32,000 nucleotides of DNA. It comes from Geobacter metallireducens GS-15. Lineage in GTDB: Bacteria; Desulfobacterota; Desulfuromonadia; Geobacterales; Geobacteraceae. The stretch spans positions 2,970,001 to 3,002,000 of the forward strand of contig NC_007517.1 of the NCBI RefSeq assembly GCF_000012925.1, in the 5' to 3' direction. This document shows positions 18,228 through 26,325 of this stretch, piece by piece. Numbering within the stretch: position 1 is the first letter of the stretch; the number at the start of each line of letters is the position of its first letter. Both the position numbers and the translations under genes were made by a program. Below the pieces are notes generated by a model. It did not search any database. It was not told the DNA's origin and saw nothing but the letters and a program-made list of their open reading frames with translations.

Positions 18228-18812
18228 TCACGACGTTGCCAGCCGGACCAGAAGTGGCGCAATCCGCTCAAGGGGCACGATGTGGTCCGGTCCGACCGCC
18301 TCGACGGCGCTCCTGGGCATCGAATCGGCAACGGCGTCGGCAGGATCCTGCACCACCGTCACTCCGCCGGCATCCTTTATCCGCCCGAGCCCCCAGCTCC
18401 CGTCGCATCCCGCCCCGGTCATCACGACGCCGATGAGCGCAGGCCCGAAGGCGTCCGCCGCGGACCCGAACAGCACATCCACCGACGGCCGAGCGAACCT
18501 GACCGGAGGGTCCACCGACAGGGAAAGGGTGGCGTCCTTCTCAACCAGCAGATGGTAGTTGGGAGGGGCCAGGTACACGGTCCCTGCCGCAGCCTTCTCC
18601 AGCTCATCGGCCTCCTTGACCCTGATGGCGCTCAGCTCGTCCAGCAGGAGCGCGAGGCCGTTGTCCGCTTCAGGGGATATGTGGGCAACGACCAGGACCG
18701 GCAGGGGGAAACCCGCCGGCAGGGAGCCGATCACCTGTTTCAGCGCATCGACCCCTCCGGACGATACGCCGACAACCACAGCGCGGAATCTATGCTGACT
18801 GTTCCTGTCCAT
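18228..18812 (-). CDS. cheB: CheB-type protein-glutamate methylesterase, catalytic domain only
   Basis: 194 aa with GVSSGG (Ser nucleophile context), VVAHIS and TGAGCDGS motifs in CheB order. There is no N-terminal receiver domain. Its start overlaps the end of cheR by 23 nt. Confidence 0.85.
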   Translation of the reverse strand: MDRNSQHRFRAVVVGVSSGGVDALKQVIGSLPAGFPLPVLVVAHISPEADNGLALLLDELSAIRVKEADELEKAAAGTVYLAPPNYHLLVEKDATLSLSVDPPVRFARPSVDVLFGSAADAFGPALIGVVMTGAGCDGSWGLGRIKDAGGVTVVQDPADAVADSMPRSAVEAVGPDHIVPLERIAPLLVRLATS

Positions 18813-19632
18813 AGCTTTTCCGGTAAATCCTCATCCTCTCCACCGTTTCGGCATAGCGCGAAGCGATCCGCCTTCCGTCGAGGGACTCCTTGAGGCCAAG
18901 ACAAAGAAAGCCGCCGGGAATGAGACAAGTGTCAAAAAGCCGTAGTACCCGCTCCTTGAGGGTCGGCTTGAAATAGATGAGCACATTCCTGCAGAGAATC
19001 AGATGCATCTCCCCGAAATCAGCGTCGACCGCCAGGTTGTGGGAGGCGAACACGATCTGGTCCCGCAAGGATTGTATCATTATGGCATGCTCATAGCGTG
19101 CCAAGTAGTAGTCGGAAAACGCCCCCTTCCCGCCGGCGGCCTGATAGTTCCTGGTGTATTTCTGCATCTCCTTCAGGGGGAATATACCCTCCCGGGCATT
19201 CTGAAGCACCTCGTTATTGATATCGGTCGCATACATCCTGAAACGTCCCTTCATCCCCTCCTCTTCGAGGAGTATGGCAAGGGAGTACGCCTCTTCGCCG
19301 GATGAGCACCCCGCATGCCATATCTTGACGAAGGGATAGGTCTTCAGGTGGGGTACGATCTCTTCCCGCAGCGCCCGGAAAAATGCCGGGTCCCTGAACA
19401 TCTCCGACACGTTGACCGTGATACCGCGGAGCAGCGAGTCAAAGGCCTCGCGATTGCGCAAAATGGCGGCCTGGGCTTCGGAGAGGGTCCCATAGCCTGA
19501 GGTGGCGAACCACTGGGTAATCCTCCGCTTTATGGATGCCTCGGAGTAGTCGGTGAAGTCATGGCCGTACACCTGACGGACACCGTGGAGGAGCAGACGC
19601 ATCTCGATGTCGAAGAGTTCATCCGGTTCCAT
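18790..19632 (-). CDS. cheR: CheR-type protein-glutamate O-methyltransferase
   Basis: 280 aa with a CheR N-terminal helical domain plus a SAM-binding domain (IWHAGCSSGEEAYSLAILL, ATDIN, LILCRNVLIYF). The start codon lies 2 nt after the stop of the upstream kinase gene. Confidence 0.9.
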   Translation of the reverse strand: MEPDELFDIEMRLLLHGVRQVYGHDFTDYSEASIKRRITQWFATSGYGTLSEAQAAILRNREAFDSLLRGITVNVSEMFRDPAFFRALREEIVPHLKTYPFVKIWHAGCSSGEEAYSLAILLEEEGMKGRFRMYATDINNEVLQNAREGIFPLKEMQKYTRNYQAAGGKGAFSDYYLARYEHAIMIQSLRDQIVFASHNLAVDADFGEMHLILCRNVLIYFKPTLKERVLRLFDTCLIPGGFLCLGLKESLDGRRIASRYAETVERMRIYRKSYGQEQSA

Positions 19633-19634
19633 GG

Positions 19635-22600
19635 TCAGCTACCGTACAGCCATACCCGCAGCAGCGAAAGGAGCTTGTCCGCATCCACCGGCTTCTGGAT
19701 GTAATCGCTGGCCCCTGCCTTGAGGCACTCGTCCCGGTCACCCTTCATGGCCTTGGCCGTGAGGGCGATGATGGGGAGCCGGGCGAATCGCGGGTCTTTC
19801 CTGATGGCGCGGGTAGCCGCAAAACCGTCCATCTCGGGCATCATGATATCCATGAGCACCACATCGATGCCGGGCTCTCCATTGAGACGCTCCAGGGCCT
19901 CCCTGCCGTTTTCCGCCTCAAGCACGATCATCTTTTTCTCCGCGAGAACGCTGGAGAGGGAGAAGATGTTGCGCATGTCGTCATCCACGATCAGAACCTT
20001 TTTCCCCTCGAGCAGCGCCTCGTCGTCGAGAGCCGCGCGGATCATCCTCTTCTTCTCGGGTCCCATGCCGCTCTCCACCAGGTGCAGAAAGAGCGAGACC
20101 TCGTTCAGAAGCCGCTCGGGGCTCTTGGCCCCCTTGATGATGATGCTCTCGGCATAGTTGCGGAGCCGCTGCTCGTCCTCCCGGGAAAGGTCCCGGCCCG
20201 AATGGATTATCACCGGAATCCGCCGGCTTTCGTCAAGGGACTGGATCTTCTCCAGCACCTCGAAGCCGGACATGTCGGAAAGGCCCAGGTCAAGCACGAT
20301 GCAGTCGAAGGGTTCGACGGCCAAAAGCCCCATGGCCTCGCTTCCGGTCGCGGTGACCGTGATGGCCACATCGCGCACTCCGAGCAGCGCCTCCATGCTC
20401 TTTGCCTCGTTCCTGTCGTCTTCGACGATCAGGAGCTTCCTGACGCTTTTGGCCAGGGAGTGCTCGATGGTACTGAACACCTCGTCAAGCTGAGCACTGT
20501 TCACGGGCTTGGTCACAAATCCTATGGCGCCCATGGTCAGTGCCTTCTGGCGGTCTTCCAGGCAGGTGAGGAAGTGCACCGGGATATGCCGGGTCCTCAG
20601 GCTGTCCTTGAGGCACTTCATGACCCCCCAGCCGTCGATATGGGGGAGCATCACGTCCAGCACAATGGCGCTCGGCAGGTAATGGTCGGCAAGGGCAATG
20701 CCGCTTTCACCGTCCCCGGCAACCATTGCCGGGAAGCCACGATCACGGACCATATCCATCAGGATGGCGGCGAAGGAGAGATCGTCCTCGATGATCAGGA
20801 TGCTCCTCTCGCCGGGACGAAGCTTCTCGCGGTCGTCCGCCAGAACCGGCGTCGGGAGCTGAACATCCGCCTCCCTTCCGGAGACTTCCTTCCCCCGCGG
20901 CACCGTGACGGGAGGCAGCCGGGGCGCCGGCGGCGGCACGGCCGTTTGACTCTCCTCCCCATGGGCAGCGTGGTCCAGCGGGAGATAGAGGGTGAAGGAG
21001 CTCCCTTTCCCCTCTTCGCTTTCGAGAAGGACGTCGCCATGGAGCCCCCGCGCCAGTTGCCGCGAAATGGAAAGCCCCAGCCCGGTGCCGCCGAACTTCC
21101 GGCTCGTCGTGCCGTCCGCCTGCTGGAACGCCTGGAACACAAGGTCATGCTTGTCGGGAGAAATCCCGATTCCCGTGTCGGAAACCTGAATGGCAATGGC
21201 CGGGGCCGGCAGGGGATTTTCCTCTGAATTGGGCAGATGCGCCCTGACGGCCACCCTCCCCTCCCGGGTGAACTTGCAGGCGTTGGAAACGAGGTTCTTC
21301 AGGATCTGCTGGGTCCGCTGGCCGTCGGTGGTTATCTCTTCCGGGACCCCCTCCTCGATGATCGCATCAAAGTCCAGCCCCTTCTGCTCCGCGAGGGGGG
21401 AGAACATCGTGCGGAGCTGGTCGAAGAGGGCGCGGAGCGGAATCTGCTCGTAATTGAACTCCAGCCTTCCCGACTCGATCTTCGAGAGATCGAGGATATC
21501 GTTGATGAGGGTAAGGAGGTCGTTGCCGGAGCTGTTGATGGTGGCTGCGTACTCCACCTGTTTGTCGGTCAGGTTGTGCTCCCGGTTTTCCTTCAGCAGA
21601 GAGGAGAGGATCAGCAGGCTATTGAGGGGGGTCCTCAGTTCGTGGGACATGTTGGCCAGGAATTCGGACTTGTAGGTGCTGATCCGCTCCAGTTCGTCGG
21701 CCTTCAGCTTCAGCGCCCGGCTCGTCTCCTCCACCTCGCGGTTCTTGGCGCGGATCTGCTCCCGCTGCTGCTCCAGCATCTGGGCCCGCTCCTCAAGCTC
21801 CTCGTTGGTCTGCTGGAGCTCTTCCTGCTGGACCCGCAGCTCCTCGGTCTGGGCCTGGGTCTGTTCAAGCAGCTCGTCCACGAGCTTCCGCGAACGGTTG
21901 ACGTTGATCCCGATGGATAGCCCCTCCTGGGCCCGGCTGAGGAACTCCAGTTCCCGCGCCGTGAATTCCCTGAAGGAGCCTATTTCCACAACCCCCACGA
22001 GAAGATTGTCATGGAGCAGCGGCACCGCGGCGATGTTGAGGGGCTTCGCCTCGCCAATGGCCGAACTTATGGGGAGATAGCCGGGAGGGACATCGGCGAG
22101 GCGGATAATCCTCCTCTCCTTGGCCGCCTCCCCCACCAAGCCCTCCCCGAGGGCAAACCGCTTCTTCATATCCTCCCGGCGGGCAAGGGCGTAGGTGGCG
22201 GCAATCTCCAGATCACGGGTCCTGTCGTTGTACAGATAGAGGACACCGACGCCGGCCCCCAGGTATTCGCAGAGGAAAGAGAGGCTCTTTTCAACCATTT
22301 CCTCCAGCCGCCGGTCCCCCCGAAGAATGGCGCCGAGTTCATTGGCGCCACTTTTCAGCCAGTCCCGTGCCTGCTCCTCCTGCCGGTTCCGGCGCAGCGA
22401 GTCCGTCATCCGTGAAAATGCAGCGTCGAGGGATGCCTGGATGCCGCTCATGCCGGCCACCGCCCGGAGCATCATTCCGCCCTCGTCCCTGGCAACGGTT
22501 TCAGGATCAATCCGGAGCCGCTCCGACACGGCCACGTCCTGGGTCAGGTCGCCGGCTGCAATGGCCTCCGCCAGCCGGGCCTTTTCCGTCCCCGACTCTT

Positions 22601-23285
22601 CCATCCGGCGCACGGCATCGAGGACCACTCGGATGGGGTCGGCCACGCTCCGCGTGATGAAGAACGCCATGGCCAGTGCAATGGCGATAGCGCCGAGAAG
22701 GAGCGATATCAGCCACGAGCGGATATTGAAGTAGCCGGCGGTGCTCTGGTCGAGATGCTCGTCCCCTTCTTTCAGGCTGTACTGTGTGAGCAGCTTCGCT
22801 CGGTTTTCAACATCGCCGAAAAGAGTCCTCAGGTGCGCATTGTCGACAGTCAGCGTTTCGTAGTCAGCGCCTGAATCGGCCGCTGACTTGAGTCTTGCCG
22901 TCTCATCCATGTATTCCTTCGAGGCAGTGATGACATCATCCAGAAGTCGTCTCTCCGCAGGATAAATCGAAAGCTTGGCGTAACGTTTCAAGGACTCCTG
23001 TATGTCTATCGCTTCATGGTGGAGTTTCAACTCCAGCTCTTTGCGGTGCAGGCGATTCTCCTCCAGGTAGTTCAAAAACGTTCGGCGATGCTGCTGGTGA
23101 TGGCGGTCGATCATTGCCGCCGTCTCTATGCCCGGAATCAGGTGGTCATGCATGGCATCCAGATGTGACTTCATTTCTGTCAAACCGGTGACACCGAAAT
23201 AACCGATCAGGGAACTGAAGGCGATGACCGTTCCGTAGCCGAGAAGCAGCTTGTTCCTGATCTTCAGATCTGCATACCACCCCAT
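19635..23285 (-). CDS. Hybrid sensor histidine kinase: TM-helical periplasmic domain-TM-HAMP-GAF-coiled coil-HisKA-HATPase-REC-REC-REC
   Basis: 1216 aa with two TM segments (about aa 12-32 and 188-211) flanking a helical domain of about 155 aa, like a 4-helix-bundle chemoreceptor sensor. It has a HAMP domain (AAGDLTQDV) and a GAF-like region. Kinase motifs are H-box SHELRTPL and G-boxes DTGIGI / GTGLGLSI. There are three receiver domains (ILIIEDD..LDVMLP; LLIVEDD..LDLGLSD; VLIVDDD..LMDIMMPEMDG). Confidence 0.9.
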   Translation of the reverse strand: MGWYADLKIRNKLLLGYGTVIAFSSLIGYFGVTGLTEMKSHLDAMHDHLIPGIETAAMIDRHHQQHRRTFLNYLEENRLHRKELELKLHHEAIDIQESLKRYAKLSIYPAERRLLDDVITASKEYMDETARLKSAADSGADYETLTVDNAHLRTLFGDVENRAKLLTQYSLKEGDEHLDQSTAGYFNIRSWLISLLLGAIAIALAMAFFITRSVADPIRVVLDAVRRMEESGTEKARLAEAIAAGDLTQDVAVSERLRIDPETVARDEGGMMLRAVAGMSGIQASLDAAFSRMTDSLRRNRQEEQARDWLKSGANELGAILRGDRRLEEMVEKSLSFLCEYLGAGVGVLYLYNDRTRDLEIAATYALARREDMKKRFALGEGLVGEAAKERRIIRLADVPPGYLPISSAIGEAKPLNIAAVPLLHDNLLVGVVEIGSFREFTARELEFLSRAQEGLSIGINVNRSRKLVDELLEQTQAQTEELRVQQEELQQTNEELEERAQMLEQQREQIRAKNREVEETSRALKLKADELERISTYKSEFLANMSHELRTPLNSLLILSSLLKENREHNLTDKQVEYAATINSSGNDLLTLINDILDLSKIESGRLEFNYEQIPLRALFDQLRTMFSPLAEQKGLDFDAIIEEGVPEEITTDGQRTQQILKNLVSNACKFTREGRVAVRAHLPNSEENPLPAPAIAIQVSDTGIGISPDKHDLVFQAFQQADGTTSRKFGGTGLGLSISRQLARGLHGDVLLESEEGKGSSFTLYLPLDHAAHGEESQTAVPPPAPRLPPVTVPRGKEVSGREADVQLPTPVLADDREKLRPGERSILIIEDDLSFAAILMDMVRDRGFPAMVAGDGESGIALADHYLPSAIVLDVMLPHIDGWGVMKCLKDSLRTRHIPVHFLTCLEDRQKALTMGAIGFVTKPVNSAQLDEVFSTIEHSLAKSVRKLLIVEDDRNEAKSMEALLGVRDVAITVTATGSEAMGLLAVEPFDCIVLDLGLSDMSGFEVLEKIQSLDESRRIPVIIHSGRDLSREDEQRLRNYAESIIIKGAKSPERLLNEVSLFLHLVESGMGPEKKRMIRAALDDEALLEGKKVLIVDDDMRNIFSLSSVLAEKKMIVLEAENGREALERLNGEPGIDVVLMDIMMPEMDGFAATRAIRKDPRFARLPIIALTAKAMKGDRDECLKAGASDYIQKPVDADKLLSLLRVWLYGS

Positions 23286-23410
23286 AAATCTCTCCCCCGC
23301 TCACTCACGTTCTGTCCATGGAACAACAATTGTTAACCTTAGCACATATTACTTAATGAACAAGTCACACAATATACATCGCATTACTACACAATATGTG
23401 CCCACGCGCA

Positions 23411-23439
23411 GAAAAGCCCGTCAGATTAGTCTGACGGGC
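23411..23439 (-). terminator. Rho-independent terminator of panE
   Basis: 10-bp stem GCCCGTCAGA / TCTGACGGGC (23416-23425 / 23430-23439) with loop TTAG. On the minus strand it is followed by TTTTC. Confidence 0.7.
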
Positions 23440-23459
23440 CCCTGTCAACATATCCCCGT

Positions 23460-24368
23460 TCATCCTGTGGCCTGTTCCAGCAGCGTCGCCAGCATCTCAA
23501 CCCGCGGCATGGCGATCCCCTCCCGCGCACCGTAGGCAAGGGGTGTCCTGAAGATGGCGGCAATCTCCAGGGGGCGCCCCTCTTCGCGGTCGATCTCCAT
23601 GGATGGCTTGTACTCTCCCATGGCGTCGGTGAATTCCAGCATGTCGTCGACGTAGCCATCGGCAATGAAGGTGGCAAGCCCCTGGGCATTGGCGCCGGCG
23701 ATGACTTCAAGCATAATTCCCCGCACCAGTTTGCGGCTCACATCGCGCGCCAGAATCAGGTTCACCGGTTGCTGCAGGAGGGCGCACAGGCCGTTGAACG
23801 GGATGTTCCAGACCAGCTTCTCCCACCGGGCACGCTTCAGGTCATCGGTTGTCCGGCAATCCACCCCGGCCTGGCGGAACATGGCGGCCAGCTCCTCGAT
23901 CCGCCCCGTGTCGCGGGGCAGGAATTCTCCCAGGATGATCCGCCCCGCCCCCAGGTGATGCACCTCGCCGGGCTCCCCCCTGTTGGAGCAGAGAAAGGCC
24001 ACGCCGCCGATGATCCGCTCGGCCCCGAAAAGGGTGGCCAGCGCCTCCTCGTTCCCCAGTCCGTTCTGGAGGGTCAGAATCTGCGTCCCCTCCTCCACCA
24101 GCGGACGGATCAGCTCCTCATACCGGCTGTTGGCAAAAGTCTTCAGCCCAACCAGCACCAGGTCCATCGGCCCGATTTCCTCGGGAGCGCGGTATCCCTT
24201 CACGTGAGGCAGTGTAAAATCGCCGTTGATGGAAAAGACCTTCAGGCCGTTCCCGGCGATCGCCTCATAATCGCGGCGAAGGAGGAAATGGACGTCCTCT
24301 CCGCTCCGCTGCAGCAAAGCGCCGTAGTAAAGCCCCAGGGCTCCGGCGCCCACAATTGCTATTCGCAT
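23460..24368 (-). CDS. panE: 2-dehydropantoate 2-reductase (ketopantoate reductase)
   Basis: 302 aa with an AAGGAG RBS. It has an N-terminal Rossmann motif MRIAIVGAGALGLYYG and an ApbA/PanE-like C-terminal domain (ARWEKLVWNIPFNGL). Confidence 0.85.
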   Translation of the reverse strand: MRIAIVGAGALGLYYGALLQRSGEDVHFLLRRDYEAIAGNGLKVFSINGDFTLPHVKGYRAPEEIGPMDLVLVGLKTFANSRYEELIRPLVEEGTQILTLQNGLGNEEALATLFGAERIIGGVAFLCSNRGEPGEVHHLGAGRIILGEFLPRDTGRIEELAAMFRQAGVDCRTTDDLKRARWEKLVWNIPFNGLCALLQQPVNLILARDVSRKLVRGIMLEVIAGANAQGLATFIADGYVDDMLEFTDAMGEYKPSMEIDREEGRPLEIAAIFRTPLAYGAREGIAMPRVEMLATLLEQATG

Positions 24369-24951
24369 GAATGTCTCCTTGCGCTAGTGTCGTCCCCCCT
24401 CAAAAGGTAGGGCCTGACGACGGTTTAGGGACTGAGGCCTTCGCTCCGTGCGGAGGGATTTCGGGCCTTGCTGCGGTTCTATGGCCTTGCCGTTCGGACA
24501 GAGAAAAGTGGTGCGAAGATCCCTTCGTTACAGCAGACAGGGTATCTACCGGGTGGGGTAAAGCGGTCCCTCTATGCAAAGACGAAACCGCAGGCGCGGC
24601 ATTGGAGCGGCATCACCTCAAGGAAGGCGGCACCGTCCTGGGAGCTGAGACGGATGTGTTCCCGATGGCTGCTGGACGGGGATGTCGTATGCCTTTGATC
24701 TGACAGAGTCTTTGCCGTGAAACGCTCTCTTTTACAAAAGCGATAGAGCACCGGATCACCATACCTGATTCCGAAAGGAGGGTGCAAAGGAAACTTTCGC
24801 CGTTTGCCGTAAACAGCCATTTGACGCCACCAATATCGAGGTAACACCTCTGAGCGATGACGGCGTATCAGGCCCTGGACTACATTTTGATGTCCTGAAC
24901 ATGGCGGCTTTTGCTGTGACCCTTTTATGCTTCCAGTGCATATATTCCACC

Positions 24952-24979
24952 TTGACAACATTTCTTTATCCGTTAAATT
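24952..24979 (+). promoter_or_regulatory. Candidate promoter of the TetR-family gene
   Basis: TTGACA (24952-24957), a 16-nt spacer, then TAAATT (24974-24979). It lies immediately upstream of the operator-like motif. Confidence 0.4.
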
Positions 24980-24981
24980 AG

Positions 24982-24997
24982 ACCAAACGGTTGGTTT
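24982..24997 (+). promoter_or_regulatory. Operator-like motif copy 1 (ACCAAACGGTTGGTTT)
   Basis: Imperfect dyad ACCAA-N4-TTGGT located between the candidate -10 element and the tetR RBS. It is 14/16 identical to the motif at 25622-25637. Confidence 0.5.
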
Positions 24998-25012
24998 TTG
25001 AGGAAATGCATA

Positions 25013-25597
25013 ATGAAATCCAAAGGCGAAGAAACAAGAAGCAGAATACTTGATACGGCGACGGATCTCATCCACCGCAAGGGCTTCGGGGCCACGAGCA
25101 TCAATGACTTGCTTGAGGCAACCAATATCAAGAAAGGCTGTCTTTACTTCCATTTTCCTGGAAAGGATGCCTTGGGGCTGGCCGTGCTGGAGAAGATGCG
25201 GGATGATTTCCTCGATGTTTTGGAGACCTCCCTGGCCGGCACCACACCGGGGGAGTGTCTTGATAATTTTTTCGCCACGGTCGCAGATGTACACAAGGGG
25301 AGGGGATTCGTCGGGGGGTGCATTTTTGGAAATACCGCCCTGGAAATGGGGGACACGGACAATCGTTTAGTGGCTATAATCAGGCAGGTCTTTAAAACAT
25401 GGCTGGGCAAATTGAAGACGGTTATCGCCGCCGCCCAGAACAGTGGTGAGGTACGCAACGACATCCCAGCAGACATCCTGGCCTGCCAGATGCTGGCCGC
25501 CATCGAGGGGGGTATAATGCTGTCCCGTCTGGAAAAGGATGAGAAGCCCCTGTGCGATGCCCTCGGCGCCTTACGGACAATGATGCGAGTGAAGTAG
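25013..25597 (+). CDS. TetR/AcrR-family transcriptional regulator
   Basis: Track ORF 24998..25597 (TTG start) trimmed to ATG 25013 (GAGGA 8 nt upstream). It has an N-terminal TetR HTH (TRSRILDTATDLIHRKGFGATSINDLLEATNIKKGCLYFHF). Confidence 0.85.
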   Translation: MKSKGEETRSRILDTATDLIHRKGFGATSINDLLEATNIKKGCLYFHFPGKDALGLAVLEKMRDDFLDVLETSLAGTTPGECLDNFFATVADVHKGRGFVGGCIFGNTALEMGDTDNRLVAIIRQVFKTWLGKLKTVIAAAQNSGEVRNDIPADILACQMLAAIEGGIMLSRLEKDEKPLCDALGALRTMMRVK

Positions 25598-25621
25598 CAA
25601 AATTTTTTTCAATAAAAACAA

Positions 25622-25637
25622 ACCAAATGGTCGGTTT
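25622..25637 (+). promoter_or_regulatory. Operator-like motif copy 2 (ACCAAATGGTCGGTTT)
   Basis: Second copy of the 16-nt motif, about 45 nt upstream of the AhpD-like gene start. It has overlapping dyads AAACC-N8-GGTTT and ACCA-N2-TGGT. Confidence 0.5.
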
Positions 25638-25682
25638 GTTGGCCCTCAGGGGCAAATACAAACAGCTGAAAAGGAGAGGCAG

Positions 25683-26213
25683 ATGGCGCGTTTGACAACG
25701 GTGGAAGTAAGTGCGGTTTCAGGGGAGACGGCGGCTATATTCAAGGAGATCGAGGGTGCATTCGGCATGGTGCCAAATCTTTTCAAGAGCTACGCCCATC
25801 ACCCGCCCCTGCTGAAGGCCAACTGGAACAAGGTCAAGGCAGTAATGATGGAAGGGACCCTGAGCCAGAAGGTAAAGCAGACCATAGCGGTGCTGGTTTC
25901 CAGGGACAATGGCTGCACCTACTGCGTGGCAGCTCACACCGGGGCGCTTAAGGCGATTGGAATCTCCGATGAGGAAATCGGTATTATTATGCAGAGTATC
26001 GAACAGGCCGACTTCAGCGCGAAGGAAAAGGCGCTCATCGGTTTTGCCAGGAAAGCGAATACAAATCCCACCAGAATAGAGGATGCCGAGTTTGACGCCC
26101 TGCGTCAGGCAGGGGTATCGGACGCCGAGATAGTGGAGGCGCTGGGGGTGATGGAACTCTTTACTGCCTTTAACAAGTTCCTTGACTCCCTGCAGGTGGA
26201 GATCGATTTTTAA
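25683..26213 (+). CDS. Carboxymuconolactone decarboxylase / AhpD-like peroxidase-related protein
   Basis: 176 aa with an AAGGAGAG RBS. It has a CxxC in the AhpD-like context (DNGCTYCVAAH). Confidence 0.8.
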   Translation: MARLTTVEVSAVSGETAAIFKEIEGAFGMVPNLFKSYAHHPPLLKANWNKVKAVMMEGTLSQKVKQTIAVLVSRDNGCTYCVAAHTGALKAIGISDEEIGIIMQSIEQADFSAKEKALIGFARKANTNPTRIEDAEFDALRQAGVSDAEIVEALGVMELFTAFNKFLDSLQVEIDF

Positions 26214-26325
26214 ACAGCCGGAGGAAGATGGGTGGATTCGTGCGGCTGAAGGTGCTCGAAGCGCCTTCGGCCGTTTACCGGCATTAGCCTGAATAATCGG
26301 CACTACAACATGGAAGGAGCCTCCC

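Noticed and set aside
20082-21227. 381-aa ORF antisense to the hybrid kinase
   Set aside because: It is an antisense artefact inside a gene with clear HisKA, HATPase and REC motifs.
24511-24700. GTGCG at 24511 as a possible group II intron 5' end, and riboswitch-like strings (GGTGCGAAGATCCC; ATGCAAAGACGAAACC)
   Set aside because: I found no domain V-like hairpin, no intron-encoded protein, and too little length for an intron. The strings do not fit the cobalamin, TPP, ZTP or GEMM-I (c-di-GMP/cGAMP) consensus cores as I remember them.
24371-25294. ORFs of 110, 76, 64 and 240 aa, plus a 26-aa hydrophobic peptide (24901-24981), in the panE-tetR gap
   Set aside because: They have no RBS, no recognisable motifs, and wrong-frame-like compositions. 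The 240-aa ORF runs antisense through the tetR gene, and the 26-aa peptide overlaps the tetR promoter candidate.
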